A stretch of 64,000 nucleotides of DNA from an uncultured bacterium (GCA_964482725.1 CAYZYT010000003.1:116010-180009); one strand, 5' to 3'. Positions 37,116 to 46,894 are shown, numbered from the stretch's first letter. A program made the numbers and translations. Notes: generated from the letters alone by a model not told the origin.

Positions 37116-37451
37116 ATGGGAATCGAATCCTTTCCAGAGATCGAGAATTTTCAAAAGTTACCGCGCGAAGTGATCATCAAAGGCGCCAGCACCCACTTCA
37201 ATGAAGCGGAAGGCGCGTCCCTCCAAGGCATTGTTATCAACAATATCGGCCATCCTATTAAGAATATCCGCGCTCAATTGGTGATCTTTGATAAGAATCA
37301 GGTCCCTCTCTTGGGGACCAGTGTTCCGACCGAACCAGACCACTTGCCCCAGGGCGGGATTGCGAATTTTCAATTTCGGCTAAAGGAGCATAAAACAGAG
37401 ATTAAAAAATATTTCTTGCACGCCAATTGGGGCTTTGACGAAACGGTCTAG
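37116..37451 (+). CDS. Hypothetical small protein
   Basis: 111-aa ORF with AGGAA RBS; no recognisable motifs. Confidence 0.4.
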   Translation: MGIESFPEIENFQKLPREVIIKGASTHFNEAEGASLQGIVINNIGHPIKNIRAQLVIFDKNQVPLLGTSVPTEPDHLPQGGIANFQFRLKEHKTEIKKYFLHANWGFDETV

Positions 37452-37591
37452 CCCGTTGAAAAGTTATCCGCCAGAGAACGGATCCGCCTGGCAATGGGTG
37501 GTCGGATATAGGGCGGAAAATCAATTGAAACGCCGTGCCAGTTCGTTTAAGCTATGGGCCGTTTCTAGAGGTCTGAAATGCCCCCCGGAGA

Positions 37592-37801
37592 ATGGCCCCG
37601 ATGGAAAATTATGTATGTCCGGTTTGCAAGGAGCAGTTGGAGCACGATTTGATGGTTTTTTTGAAACATACGGACCATCACATTATCGAAGTGATCCTGA
37701 AGGAGCATCCCAAGTGGGCAAACCGGGACGGGATCTGCCGGGAGTGTTTGGATTATTATAAGAAAAGCATCGGCCATACATCTTACATGGACGAGATGTA
37801 A
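37592..37801 (+). CDS. Small zinc-ribbon-like protein (CxxC...CxxC)
   Basis: CPVCKEQ...CRECLDYY cysteine pairs; 69 aa. Confidence 0.4.
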   Translation: MAPMENYVCPVCKEQLEHDLMVFLKHTDHHIIEVILKEHPKWANRDGICRECLDYYKKSIGHTSYMDEM

Positions 37802-37837
37802 TTTCGATCGGTCGGAAGGTAAGGGATCATAAAGGCA

Positions 37838-38287
37838 ATGAAGAAATTTTTGGTGGGCGTTTTCTTGGCGGTCTCGTTCAGCTTTGTTTTTTCAGGCACA
37901 GTTCCTGCGGCCATGGGTGCGGAGGCACTCGAACCTGTGGAGCAATCCCAGGCCTACCAGGAATTCCTTAAAAAGCCCGGGAACGATCTTGCCAAGATGG
38001 TCTGTCTCCTGAATTATTTCCGGACCGCACCGGTCGTGGTTCGGTTCGAAGGGATCGATTACACGGCGCAAGTCGCTTATCCGATCGGGTTGGTGTATTT
38101 GATGACCAATTATCGGAACGAGAAGCCGGATGCCTGGGCGAAGAAGCATTGCTATCGGTCGATTTTTAGTAACAAAATCATTTATTTAAAGTTTGAGGAT
38201 GGCAGTTTGCGGCCGGCCCGCGATGTAATCCTTGAAAAATATCATGAACTTGAGGCGGCCCAGAAGAAGCGGGCTTCCGCGGCCTAA
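37838..38287 (+). CDS. Secreted hypothetical protein
   Basis: Signal peptide MKKFLVGVFLAVSFSFVFSGTVPAAMG; 149 aa. Confidence 0.5.
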   Translation: MKKFLVGVFLAVSFSFVFSGTVPAAMGAEALEPVEQSQAYQEFLKKPGNDLAKMVCLLNYFRTAPVVVRFEGIDYTAQVAYPIGLVYLMTNYRNEKPDAWAKKHCYRSIFSNKIIYLKFEDGSLRPARDVILEKYHELEAAQKKRASAA

Positions 38288-38302
38288 AAGGGAGGTGCTT
38301 GG

Positions 38303-38527
38303 ATGGTGACCGAAATGGACGTCAAACCTGTAAGATCGCGTGATCTCGCGCTGATCGGTTATGATGCTGCGACAGCGATCCTGGAGGTTGTCTTTCGTGC
38401 CGGCGGTGTGTATCGCTATCAAGAGGTTCCCGAAAGTATTTATCACGGATTGATGGCCGCGCCATCGCATGGGACCTTTTTCCAGAAACATATCAAGGTC
38501 CAGTATCCTTTCGTGAAGGTCAGCTGA
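38303..38527 (+). CDS. KTSC-domain protein
   Basis: ..IGYDAATAILEVVFRAGGVYRYQEVPESIYHGLMAAPSHGTFFQKHIK.. matches the KTSC domain; GGAGG RBS. Confidence 0.65.
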   Translation: MVTEMDVKPVRSRDLALIGYDAATAILEVVFRAGGVYRYQEVPESIYHGLMAAPSHGTFFQKHIKVQYPFVKVS

Positions 38528-38535
38528 TCTTTGCG

Positions 38536-39465
38536 ATGAAAAAGAGACTGTTCCTTATTTTCAGCGCGCTTCTTTTTCTCGTTCTTCCCGCACTTTTTTT
38601 CAATGCTCCTGTTGCCCGGGCGGAAGATTCGCTTCTCAAGATCCAGGTGCTTCCCGACCAGAACTCCGTGAAGGGCGGGATGATGTTCCTGGTTCATGTG
38701 CAGGCTTTGAACTCGAGCTCCGATACCTCCGTGGAATTTTGGAGCAATTCCTGCTCTTATGAGAAACATTGGGTGACGGACAATGCCGGGGTGTTTATCC
38801 AATCCTGGACCTGTAATGAAAACACTCTCGAGCCGGTTACGCTGGGTCCTGGCGAGGCTTATGAGAAGAATCTCATTCTCTACATCCCTAAAAAAGATAA
38901 GACCGATCCGGTGGTTTTTCGGCTTGGGTTCAAACGCATGAGCGAGGCCGGCGATGTCTCGGAGCCTCTTTGGAGCGATCCGGTGACGATGAACGTCATT
39001 GTTCCCGAAGAAATGAAGGAAGTCGTGCCGCCTTCTGTTGCGGAGACCGCCTCTCAAACGCCGGATCAAGTTCCGGGCACCTCGGTTAAAATCATCGGAA
39101 CGCCTTCCAAGGCGATGCCGGATTCTGCCGTGCCGGCAGAAAGTCAACCCTTGGTGTTTCAGGATCCCGGCGTGCCTATCAAGATTTCGCCTGGCCAGGA
39201 ATTTTCAATTGCTCTGACGAGCAATCCCTCGACAGGATTTGGCTGGAAGATGACCCTGCCGGTAGACCAGAAGACCGTTAAGCCTTTGGGGTCCGGGTAT
39301 GTCGCTCCTCAGAAAATGTTGATGGGTGCTCCCGGTGAAGAGGTTTATAAATTCAAGGCCATGACCCCGGGCGAGACCAAGGTTGACTTTGTCTATGAGC
39401 GGCCGTGGGAACGTAAAACCACTCCGCCCCGTAAGATCTTCACAATTCTAGTTGAAAAGAATTAG
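38536..39465 (+). CDS. Secreted protein with C-terminal chagasin-family (I42) peptidase-inhibitor domain
   Basis: Signal peptide; C-terminal ..SNPSTGFGWKM.. (NPTTGY.W-type chagasin motif) in a ~100-aa beta-sandwich region. Confidence 0.6.
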   Translation: MKKRLFLIFSALLFLVLPALFFNAPVARAEDSLLKIQVLPDQNSVKGGMMFLVHVQALNSSSDTSVEFWSNSCSYEKHWVTDNAGVFIQSWTCNENTLEPVTLGPGEAYEKNLILYIPKKDKTDPVVFRLGFKRMSEAGDVSEPLWSDPVTMNVIVPEEMKEVVPPSVAETASQTPDQVPGTSVKIIGTPSKAMPDSAVPAESQPLVFQDPGVPIKISPGQEFSIALTSNPSTGFGWKMTLPVDQKTVKPLGSGYVAPQKMLMGAPGEEVYKFKAMTPGETKVDFVYERPWERKTTPPRKIFTILVEKN

Positions 39466-39619
39466 CTCTCCCATAAAGCGCGTTATCCTAAGCAAAGCGA
39501 AGGATCGCGCTTTGAGATTCTTCGCCCTGCTTCTTACTTTCGCAAGAAAGCATCGGGCTCAGCATGACGGACAGTAGGGGCATGCTGTTTAATCCCCGTC
39601 ATTTCTCAGAGATGCTCCC

Positions 39620-40984
39620 ATGAATAAAAAACACGTAATGATCGTGGGGGGCGGCGTCTCTGGCCTGAGCACCGCCTTTTTTCTTTCCCGAAGAGCTTCC
39701 CGGGGACATCTTCCTCTCAAGATCACCGTACTCGAAGCTTCGAACCGTTTCGGTGGGGTGCTTCGTACGCTGGCCTGCGAAGATCTTCAGATGGAAGCCG
39801 GCGCGGATGCTTTCTATGCCGGCCCCAAGGATGATGTCATGGATCTTTGCCGTGAGCTGGATCTCCAGGACGATCTCATCGAAGCGGCGCCGTGTTTTCG
39901 GCATTTCTTCAGCGTTAAAAATAAAAAACCTTATCCTGTCCCCGGTCTTCCCGGATCTTTTGGGGACGTCCTGCGCCTTCTGAGTCATTCCCAGATGAGT
40001 TTCCTCGCGAAATGCCGGATGCTGGGGGAACCGTTCATCTCGCGCCGAAAAGAAAAGGGCGATGAAAGCCTCGCAGATTTCATCCGGCGCCGTCTTGGGC
40101 AGGGCTTCTTCCGGGAATTCGTAAAACCCCTGGTGCGGGGCGTTTACATGATGGACCCTGAAACTATGAGTCTGGAAGCGGCATTCCCGCGCTTACGGCA
40201 GGCCGAGAAAACCTGCGGGAGTCTTACGGCATCTTTTTTGAATAAGAAAAGTGAAAAGGACCCGCCAAAATTTTTCACTCTTAAACAAGGTCTTGAAGGA
40301 CTGATCCGGGCGCTCGAACGGGAATTGGAGCAATGCGAGTTTCGGCTCTCAACGCCTGTTCGTCAATGTGCCTTTCGCAAGGGGTGGGAAATTTTTCTGG
40401 AGAATGGCGAAGTTTTGCATGCGGATAGCCTGTTTCTTGCTATGAACGCTTGCGATGCCGCTCAATTGCTTTCCGGGAACGCTCCGGAACTTTCCGCGGG
40501 ACTCTCGGGTATCCGGTACGATTCGATCGCCACGGTGAATCTCATTTACAGGGTCGAAGACATGCCGTCCGGGGGCTGGGATCCCGGGTTCCTGGTGCCT
40601 ATGGAGGGCGAGCCGTATCCTTTTTCAAGTCTCAAATGGCTCGGCCCGAGCGCGGATGGAAAAACGTTTTCACTGCGAGCATTTCTTTCCGAGGCGATGA
40701 TGCCCGGGCTTTTTAACGAGACCGATGAAGTGCTTCAACGAAAGATCCGGATCTTTTTGAGTGACTCCTGTGGCATTCAGGCCAAGCCGTTGAGTGTCAG
40801 CATCCAGCGCTATCCGGATGCGTTGCCGCAGTATGAAACAGGCCATTTTGAGCGTGTGACACGGATCGAAAAAAGGGTACTTCAATATCCCGGGCTGCAC
40901 CTCACAGGGAATGGATTTCGCGGATTCGGTATTGCCGATTGTATTCACCAAGCTCGGATCGTTGCTTCCAGCCACCAGTTCTGA
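39620..40984 (+). CDS. hemY: FAD-dependent protoporphyrinogen/coproporphyrinogen oxidase (HemY/CgoX-like amine-oxidase fold)
   Basis: N-terminal dinucleotide fold VMIVGGGVSGLSTAFFL...ITVLEASNRFGGVLRT; 454 aa. Confidence 0.7.
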   Translation: MNKKHVMIVGGGVSGLSTAFFLSRRASRGHLPLKITVLEASNRFGGVLRTLACEDLQMEAGADAFYAGPKDDVMDLCRELDLQDDLIEAAPCFRHFFSVKNKKPYPVPGLPGSFGDVLRLLSHSQMSFLAKCRMLGEPFISRRKEKGDESLADFIRRRLGQGFFREFVKPLVRGVYMMDPETMSLEAAFPRLRQAEKTCGSLTASFLNKKSEKDPPKFFTLKQGLEGLIRALERELEQCEFRLSTPVRQCAFRKGWEIFLENGEVLHADSLFLAMNACDAAQLLSGNAPELSAGLSGIRYDSIATVNLIYRVEDMPSGGWDPGFLVPMEGEPYPFSSLKWLGPSADGKTFSLRAFLSEAMMPGLFNETDEVLQRKIRIFLSDSCGIQAKPLSVSIQRYPDALPQYETGHFERVTRIEKRVLQYPGLHLTGNGFRGFGIADCIHQARIVASSHQF

Positions 40985-41045
40985 TGGCTCCGAGGAAGAA
41001 ACCATTCCTAGTAGTACCTCCTTAAATGGGGTATAATTCCTCCCC

Positions 41046-43124
41046 ATGCAAATTCGAGAAAATCCCGTCTCTTCAAACTGTGCCTGCTCTTTGGAGGTCT
41101 CCTCGGAGGCCTCAAGCACGGCAAGTTCCCATCCATACAAACGCCTCCATCTTTTTCTGATCAAGCCCTCCAAGTACGATGATGAGGGGTATGTGATCCG
41201 CTATTGGAAAGGGGTCCTTCCCAGCAATACCCTTTCTTGTCTGAACGGCCTTAGCGAGGACGTTCGCGAACGGGGTGTCTTGGGTAAGGACCTGGCTTGG
41301 GAGATCACGCTGATCGATGATACGGTTCAAGGCATTCCTTATCGAAAGATCATTAAAGAAAACCATCGGGTCGGAACCAAAACCGTGGTCTGCCTGGTCG
41401 GTGTTCAGTCCAATCAGATGCCGCGCGCCGCGGATATCGCGATGAGATTCCGCATGGCCGGGATTGATGTTTTGTTGGGAGGGTTCCATGTCAGTGGCGT
41501 TGTGGCGACTTTGCCCGACCTTACCCCGGAACTCGTGACGCTCCGGAATGCCGGCGTAAGCCTTTCCGCAGGGGAAGCTGAAGGCGGGCATTGGGAGCAG
41601 ATGTTGAATGATGTGATCCATGATCGAATCAAGCCCATGTATAATTTCCTGAATGATATCCCGGATATTTCGAAAGCGCCTTTTCCGCGCATCAATCCTA
41701 AACATCAGACGCGTTACGCGCTCCAGCACTTCGGGACGCTCGACTGCGGCCGCGGTTGCCCCTTTGGGTGCAGTTTTTGTACGGTCATCAATGTCCAGGG
41801 TCGCAAGATGCGCTTCCGGGATGTCGATCTTCTGATCGAAACGGTCCGCGAAGGTTATCGCAGCCACAAGATCTCGCATTATTTTTTTACAGATGACAAT
41901 TTTTGCCGTCACAAGAACTGGGAAACGATCCTGGACCGTTTGATCGAGCTGAAAGAAAAAGAGGGGATCCCGTTCCATTTCATGATGCAGCTGGACACCC
42001 AGGCCCACACGGTGCCGAATTTTGTGGAAAAAGCGGCCCGGGCCGGCTGCCGGCAGGTCTTTATCGGGATGGAAAGCTTGAATCAGGAGAATCTCAAAGC
42101 TGCGAAGAAGAGCCAGAACGATATCGAAAATTTCAAAAAACTCGTCGATTCTTTTCATGAGGTCGGGATCGTTTGCCATTTAGCCTATATCATCGGGTTC
42201 CCTCTGGATACGGTGGAATCCGTCAAGCAAGACATTGAAAAACTCTTGTCCTTCGGTGCGGGGCAAGCTTCGTTTTTTATGATGACGCCGCTTCCGGGGG
42301 CTATGGATTATAAAAACGCTCTCGAGAAAGGGATGCTGCTGGACGCGGACCTTAATAATTATGACACCTTTCATGAAACCCATCGTCACCCGCGGATGAA
42401 ACCGGGGGAATGGCAGGTCGCTTACGAGGCGGCGTGGCAAGCCTTTTACAGCGTGGAGAACATGAAGAAGATCCTGGCCCGGGACCTCAAGGCGGATAAC
42501 TACTGGGGCATTTTTTCAAACTTCATGTGGTATAAGAATTCCATCGATGTGGAAGGCGGGCATCCGATGATCAGCGGTTTCTTTCGCTTGAAGGAACGTT
42601 TGGAGCGTCGGGCGGGCTATCCGATCGAAGGTCGTTGGGTCTATTCCAAACGGAGATTTTGGGATATTCTGCGTGCGGTGAAGGGCCGGTGGAAGCTGAC
42701 ACTCGAGCTTGAAGAAGTTTGGCTCGCGACGCGCCACCGAGGACCTCTCGAGCAGAAAGTGATCTCCGAGATCGCGCGAATGACTCAGTGCGCGAAGGAA
42801 TGGCGGGACCTCAGGACTTCGGAGCTTTTCCTCCTGTATCAGAAAGCCGCCACAGCCCTCGAAAAAAAGAATATTTACCGGTTTCGCATCCCATCACGTT
42901 TCCAGATCTGGATGAACAAGTGGAACCTTTTTTCGCTCCGATTGACTTCGACGCGTGAGCCGCTCCAGAAGTTTTGGGATCATGTTCAGGCATCTTGGAA
43001 ACGGGGGGACGTGCTGCGGGTCAACTATCTCCGGATGTTCCTTGCGATGATCGAGGAGTCCGTTTATTTCATTCGATTTATTCTTTCTATTGTTATCTCC
43101 GGGATCTTTTTAAGGAAACATTGA
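41046..43124 (+). CDS. B12-binding-domain radical SAM protein with C-terminal DUF4070-like extension (paralog 1)
   Basis: N-terminal cobalamin-binding Rossmann-like region and radical SAM core (HFGTLDCGRGCPFGCSFCTV). Paralogous to 43260..44879 along most of its length. About 30 extra N-terminal residues make the start uncertain. Confidence 0.75.
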   Translation: MQIRENPVSSNCACSLEVSSEASSTASSHPYKRLHLFLIKPSKYDDEGYVIRYWKGVLPSNTLSCLNGLSEDVRERGVLGKDLAWEITLIDDTVQGIPYRKIIKENHRVGTKTVVCLVGVQSNQMPRAADIAMRFRMAGIDVLLGGFHVSGVVATLPDLTPELVTLRNAGVSLSAGEAEGGHWEQMLNDVIHDRIKPMYNFLNDIPDISKAPFPRINPKHQTRYALQHFGTLDCGRGCPFGCSFCTVINVQGRKMRFRDVDLLIETVREGYRSHKISHYFFTDDNFCRHKNWETILDRLIELKEKEGIPFHFMMQLDTQAHTVPNFVEKAARAGCRQVFIGMESLNQENLKAAKKSQNDIENFKKLVDSFHEVGIVCHLAYIIGFPLDTVESVKQDIEKLLSFGAGQASFFMMTPLPGAMDYKNALEKGMLLDADLNNYDTFHETHRHPRMKPGEWQVAYEAAWQAFYSVENMKKILARDLKADNYWGIFSNFMWYKNSIDVEGGHPMISGFFRLKERLERRAGYPIEGRWVYSKRRFWDILRAVKGRWKLTLELEEVWLATRHRGPLEQKVISEIARMTQCAKEWRDLRTSELFLLYQKAATALEKKNIYRFRIPSRFQIWMNKWNLFSLRLTSTREPLQKFWDHVQASWKRGDVLRVNYLRMFLAMIEESVYFIRFILSIVISGIFLRKH

Positions 43125-43129
43125 AGACT

Positions 43130-43240
43130 GGTACTTAGTACATAGTACTTGGTACTTGGAAAAACAAGCCGGATTTCAAACGTTTTGCTATGTACCATGT
43201 ACTACGTACCAGGTGCTCAATCCTTTAGAATCTTAATCAG
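43130..43240. repeat. Imperfect inverted repeat built from GTAC heptad repeats (GTACnnn x4 / x3) between the two radical-SAM genes
   Basis: tgGTACttaGTACataGTACttgGTACttgg...ctatGTACcatGTACtacGTACcagg; the arms are approximately reverse-complementary. Confidence 0.7.
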
Positions 43241-43259
43241 AAGAAAAGGTCTGTGAATT

Positions 43260-44879
43260 TTGAAAGTCTATCTCATCAATCCCCGTTTTCAGCCGACGAT
43301 CTGGTCCTTTGAGGGGCTTCAGCCGCTTACCGGGACCCGTTTTTCTACGACGCCCCTCGGCCTTGCCACCGTGGCCGCTCTCACGCCGGAACCTTGGGAG
43401 GTCGAGATCAGTGACGAGAACGTCGAGGACATCAATTTTGATTCTGCTGCCGACCTGATCGCGATCAGTGCTTTCAATGTGCAGTACCACCGGGCGCTTG
43501 AGATCATCGCGGAATTCAGGAGGCGCGGCAAGAAGATCGCCGTCGGAGGGCCTTACAACAGCCTTTTCCCGGAAGCCTTCGAGGGGAAATGTGATTACCG
43601 GATCGTCGGGGAGGCTGAAGAGATATGGCCTGAATTCCTTCGCGATTTTGAACAAGGAAAAGCTCGGGAACTTTATAAGGCAGTCGCCAAGGCCGATATC
43701 AAAAAAAGTCCGATTCCGCGCTATGACCTCATTCGCGGCGACCGTTACAACATGTTCTCACTCCAGACCAGCCGGGGGTGTCCGTACAATTGCGAGTTCT
43801 GTGACATTATTGTGATGGACGGGCGCGTGCCGCGCACGAAGACCGTTTCGCAAGTGCTTGCGGAGGTGGATCATTGCGTGAAGCAGGGAGCTCATTACAT
43901 TGTTTTTGGCGACGCGAATTTCATCGGTAATATTCCGTACGCCCGGGAATTGCTCACAGCCCTGGTGGATTATTCAAAAAAGAACGGCTACCCGATCGAA
44001 TTCTCCTGCGAACTAACGATCAATGTGGCGCATCATCCGGACCTTCTGGAGCTGTTCCAGGAAGCGAATTTTTATGCGCTTTTTATCGGGATCGAATCAC
44101 CTCGGAAAGCGAGCCTTGTGGAGTCGGGGAAGGTGCAGAACACGCGCGAGAATGTGTTGGAAGATATCAAGCGCATCCACTCGTATCACCTGACCGTTGT
44201 GGCCGGGATGATCGTGGGTTTCGATGCGGACGATAAACTGATATTTAAGGAAACTTTCGATTTCTTGCAGGAGCTCGGAATCCCGTTCACCACCTGCGGG
44301 ACGCTCATGGCGCTCCCCAACACCCCCTTGATCAAGCGGCTTGAAGCGGAGGGCCGTCTCTTGAGCCTGGATTGGACGGAGACCAAGGGGCACGGGTCCT
44401 CAGACTGTAATTTCGTCCCCAAACTGATGACCCAGGAAGAACTCCATCAAGGTTATAACTGGCTGAGTCGATGTCTTTACCGGTACGACACTTATGCAGA
44501 TCGTCTGGTGACGGCCTTGAACCGTTTCCGGAATCTGAATCCGGAACACAAACGCGCGTCGTTAGATTTTAAATTTACGAGCCTTCTGATCAAGCTCGCG
44601 GCTTATTATCTGCTGACCTTTGATTTTGTGCGGATGAGATTTTTTACCAGGACCTTTTGGCGCGTGGCGAAGGGCGGGCCGTTCTCGATGAGTAAGTGGC
44701 TGGAATTTTTTCGCTGGATCGCAACGCACCGGGCTTTTCGAAAATATGTGACCGAAACCCAAGGGATCCCGGAAGGACAGGATCCGAAGAAACCGCCCTT
44801 TGAAGGGGCCGGAGTTTCTGAAGATTCGAAAATGCAATCGACCCCAACTGAAAGAACTCCTACAGGGGTGGCCTTATGA
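43260..44879 (+). CDS. B12-binding-domain radical SAM protein with DUF4070-like C-terminus (paralog 2)
   Basis: ..LQTSRGCPYNCEFCDIIVMDGR.. radical SAM motif; N-terminal B12-binding region (..DLIAISAFNVQYHRALEIIAEFRRRGKKIAVGGPY..). Confidence 0.8.
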   Translation: MKVYLINPRFQPTIWSFEGLQPLTGTRFSTTPLGLATVAALTPEPWEVEISDENVEDINFDSAADLIAISAFNVQYHRALEIIAEFRRRGKKIAVGGPYNSLFPEAFEGKCDYRIVGEAEEIWPEFLRDFEQGKARELYKAVAKADIKKSPIPRYDLIRGDRYNMFSLQTSRGCPYNCEFCDIIVMDGRVPRTKTVSQVLAEVDHCVKQGAHYIVFGDANFIGNIPYARELLTALVDYSKKNGYPIEFSCELTINVAHHPDLLELFQEANFYALFIGIESPRKASLVESGKVQNTRENVLEDIKRIHSYHLTVVAGMIVGFDADDKLIFKETFDFLQELGIPFTTCGTLMALPNTPLIKRLEAEGRLLSLDWTETKGHGSSDCNFVPKLMTQEELHQGYNWLSRCLYRYDTYADRLVTALNRFRNLNPEHKRASLDFKFTSLLIKLAAYYLLTFDFVRMRFFTRTFWRVAKGGPFSMSKWLEFFRWIATHRAFRKYVTETQGIPEGQDPKKPPFEGAGVSEDSKMQSTPTERTPTGVAL

Positions 44880-45532
44880 TGAAGGTGACAAGCAAGATCC
44901 CTCTCGATAAACGGGCATGGCCCGGCGTCGTATTTTTGGGAATCCTCATGATCCTGGAGCGAGCCTGGCACATCCCGTATGTATTTCCAGCTCTGGGGCT
45001 TCTCCTCGTGGCGCATCTTCTTTTTTTTAGGGATCCACAACGGGAATCGCCGAGAGAACAAGGGCTTCTCGCTCCTGCGGACGGAACCGTGTCGAAGATC
45101 GACGAGGTCTTTGAGGACCGGTTCCTTCACGAACAAGCGGTCCGCATTCGTATCTTCCTTTCGGTCTTTGACGTTCATACCACGCGTGCGCCTTTGGCCG
45201 GCATTATCAAATATCAGAATTACGTGAAGGGAAAGTTCCTCAACGCTCTGCGCAAAGATGCTTTTGATCACAACGAATCCAATTGGATCGGGATCGAGAA
45301 TCGCGCGCGGCGGGTCCTGGTGCGTCAGTTGACCGGCGCGATCGCGCGGCGTATCTACTCTGACGTAGTGATCGGACAGGTGATGGGACGAGGGGAAAAG
45401 CTGGGCATGATCTGCTACGGGTCCGGGGTTGAGATCACGATCCCCAAGAGGATGTTCCGGGAGAGTGTTCGGGTGGGGCAGCATGTCGCCGGCGGGGTCA
45501 CGGTCCTCGGGACGTGGGTCGAGGAGAATTAA
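44876..45532 (+). CDS. psd: Phosphatidylserine decarboxylase-family proenzyme (short, archaetidylserine-decarboxylase-like form)
   Basis: ..FLSVFDVHTTRAPLAGII.. and the C-terminal ..MICYGSGVEI.. self-cleavage-type motif; overlaps the previous stop by 4 nt. Confidence 0.75.
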   Translation: MMKVTSKIPLDKRAWPGVVFLGILMILERAWHIPYVFPALGLLLVAHLLFFRDPQRESPREQGLLAPADGTVSKIDEVFEDRFLHEQAVRIRIFLSVFDVHTTRAPLAGIIKYQNYVKGKFLNALRKDAFDHNESNWIGIENRARRVLVRQLTGAIARRIYSDVVIGQVMGRGEKLGMICYGSGVEITIPKRMFRESVRVGQHVAGGVTVLGTWVEEN

Positions 45533-45536
45533 GACC

Positions 45537-46277
45537 ATGAAGAAACGTTTTTATTTTACGAGCGCCGCTTTTCCCAACATGATCACGATGCTCAATCTCG
45601 TGGCCGGTTTTTTTTCCATTCTGATGAGCGTCCAGGAAAAATATGAATATGCCGTCTGGCTTGTTTTTCTTGCGCTCATTCTGGATTCGTTGGACGGTCA
45701 TGTGGCCCGGATCTTTGGGAATGAAACGGAATTTGGGCGAGAATTGGATTCGCTTGCCGATGCGGTTTCTTTCGTTGTGGCGCCCTGCATGCTTGTCTAC
45801 AAGGCTTTTTTTCAGAACTCTCCCATGGCGCTTCTTTTGGTCATCGTGTTTTATCTTTGCGCCGGGATCTTTCGTTTGGCGAGGTTCAATGTGAGTCCGA
45901 CCCACGGAGGCTGTTTCGAAGGACTTCCGACGCCGGCTGCCGCCCTGACGCTCATGATGACCATGCTGGCTTTTCATAAGAACCTGTGGACCGACCGTTC
46001 TTTTTCCCTGATAAGCGAAGTGTTTCTTATGACCGCGCTTGGTTTTCTCATGGTGAGTGATATCCCTTACCCGAAGGTCTCCGCTATCAAGTTCCGTTCC
46101 TGGAGGACTTTGTTCGTGGTGCAGGTTGCCGCATTTATTGCCGTGTTTTTCTATCTTAATGTTGAAAGTGCGATCGCCTCGATCTTTTTGACATTTATTG
46201 TGCTGTCTCCGTTCTATTGTGTGTCTTTCCATAAAGCCGTAGGTGAGGATGCCCCGGATGCGGGAGGGAGCGCTTAA
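45537..46277 (+). CDS. pssA: CDP-diacylglycerol--serine O-phosphatidyltransferase (CDP-alcohol phosphatidyltransferase family)
   Basis: GAGGAG RBS; CDP-OH_P_transf motif ..DSLDGHVARIFGNETEFGRELDSLADAVSF..; 6-7 TM helices. Confidence 0.85.
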   Translation: MKKRFYFTSAAFPNMITMLNLVAGFFSILMSVQEKYEYAVWLVFLALILDSLDGHVARIFGNETEFGRELDSLADAVSFVVAPCMLVYKAFFQNSPMALLLVIVFYLCAGIFRLARFNVSPTHGGCFEGLPTPAAALTLMMTMLAFHKNLWTDRSFSLISEVFLMTALGFLMVSDIPYPKVSAIKFRSWRTLFVVQVAAFIAVFFYLNVESAIASIFLTFIVLSPFYCVSFHKAVGEDAPDAGGSA

Positions 46278-46894
46278 TGCTGATCGGGATCTTGACTGGT
46301 TTTTTGGCGTCCTGTTTTGGCTGGCAGATCGATCTGATCGCGATTCAGCGCGGTCTCAAACGGGGGCGCATAGCGGCTTTTTTGGTGGGGTGTGGTGCGA
46401 TCCTGGCGGACATGATATTCCTTTCGGTCGGTTTCACAGGCACCCAACCCCTTTTAGACCACCCAGAATGGTGGGGGATTATCCGATGGCTGGGGATTGG
46501 GGTGATCTTAGTGTTGGCGGCACGTGGTTTTTGGGGCCATAGCCAACCCCGGAAGCAGGACGAAGAGGTGAGCAAAAGGAATCCGACGAAAAACTTTCTC
46601 GTCGGATTCTTGGTGGTCATCACGAATCCCGTGGTTTTCCTGATGTGGGTTGGGATCATCGGTTTTTTGAGGACCCATTTCCCCGAGGCGCGTGAGCCTT
46701 GGTTCAAGGAGCTCTTTCTGGGCGGTTTTCTGATCGGGGCCCTGCTTTGGTTTATTCCTCTCGCTTTCATTTTTTTAAAGAAATTAGAAGGCTGGAGTGA
46801 GGAGAATCACTCGTTCCTCTCGCGGCTTTCTTCCGGGACGCTTGTTTTAGTCGCCCTCTACTTGATCTTTTTTGAAAAACTCAGTTTTTCTTGA
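46277..46894 (+). CDS. LysE/RhtB-family amino-acid exporter
   Basis: 205-aa 6-TM protein with a LysE-type translocator pattern; start overlaps the pssA stop. Confidence 0.65.
   Translation: MLIGILTGFLASCFGWQIDLIAIQRGLKRGRIAAFLVGCGAILADMIFLSVGFTGTQPLLDHPEWWGIIRWLGIGVILVLAARGFWGHSQPRKQDEEVSKRNPTKNFLVGFLVVITNPVVFLMWVGIIGFLRTHFPEAREPWFKELFLGGFLIGALLWFIPLAFIFLKKLEGWSEENHSFLSRLSSGTLVLVALYLIFFEKLSFS

Noticed and set aside
41112-42179. 355-aa minus-strand ORF inside radical SAM gene 1
   Set aside because: Antisense shadow of a gene with a CxxxCxxC radical SAM motif on the plus strand.
44606-46232. 310-aa and 244-aa minus-strand ORFs antisense to psd / pssA
   Set aside because: Shadow ORFs; plus-strand genes carry the PSD and CDP-alcohol phosphatidyltransferase motifs.
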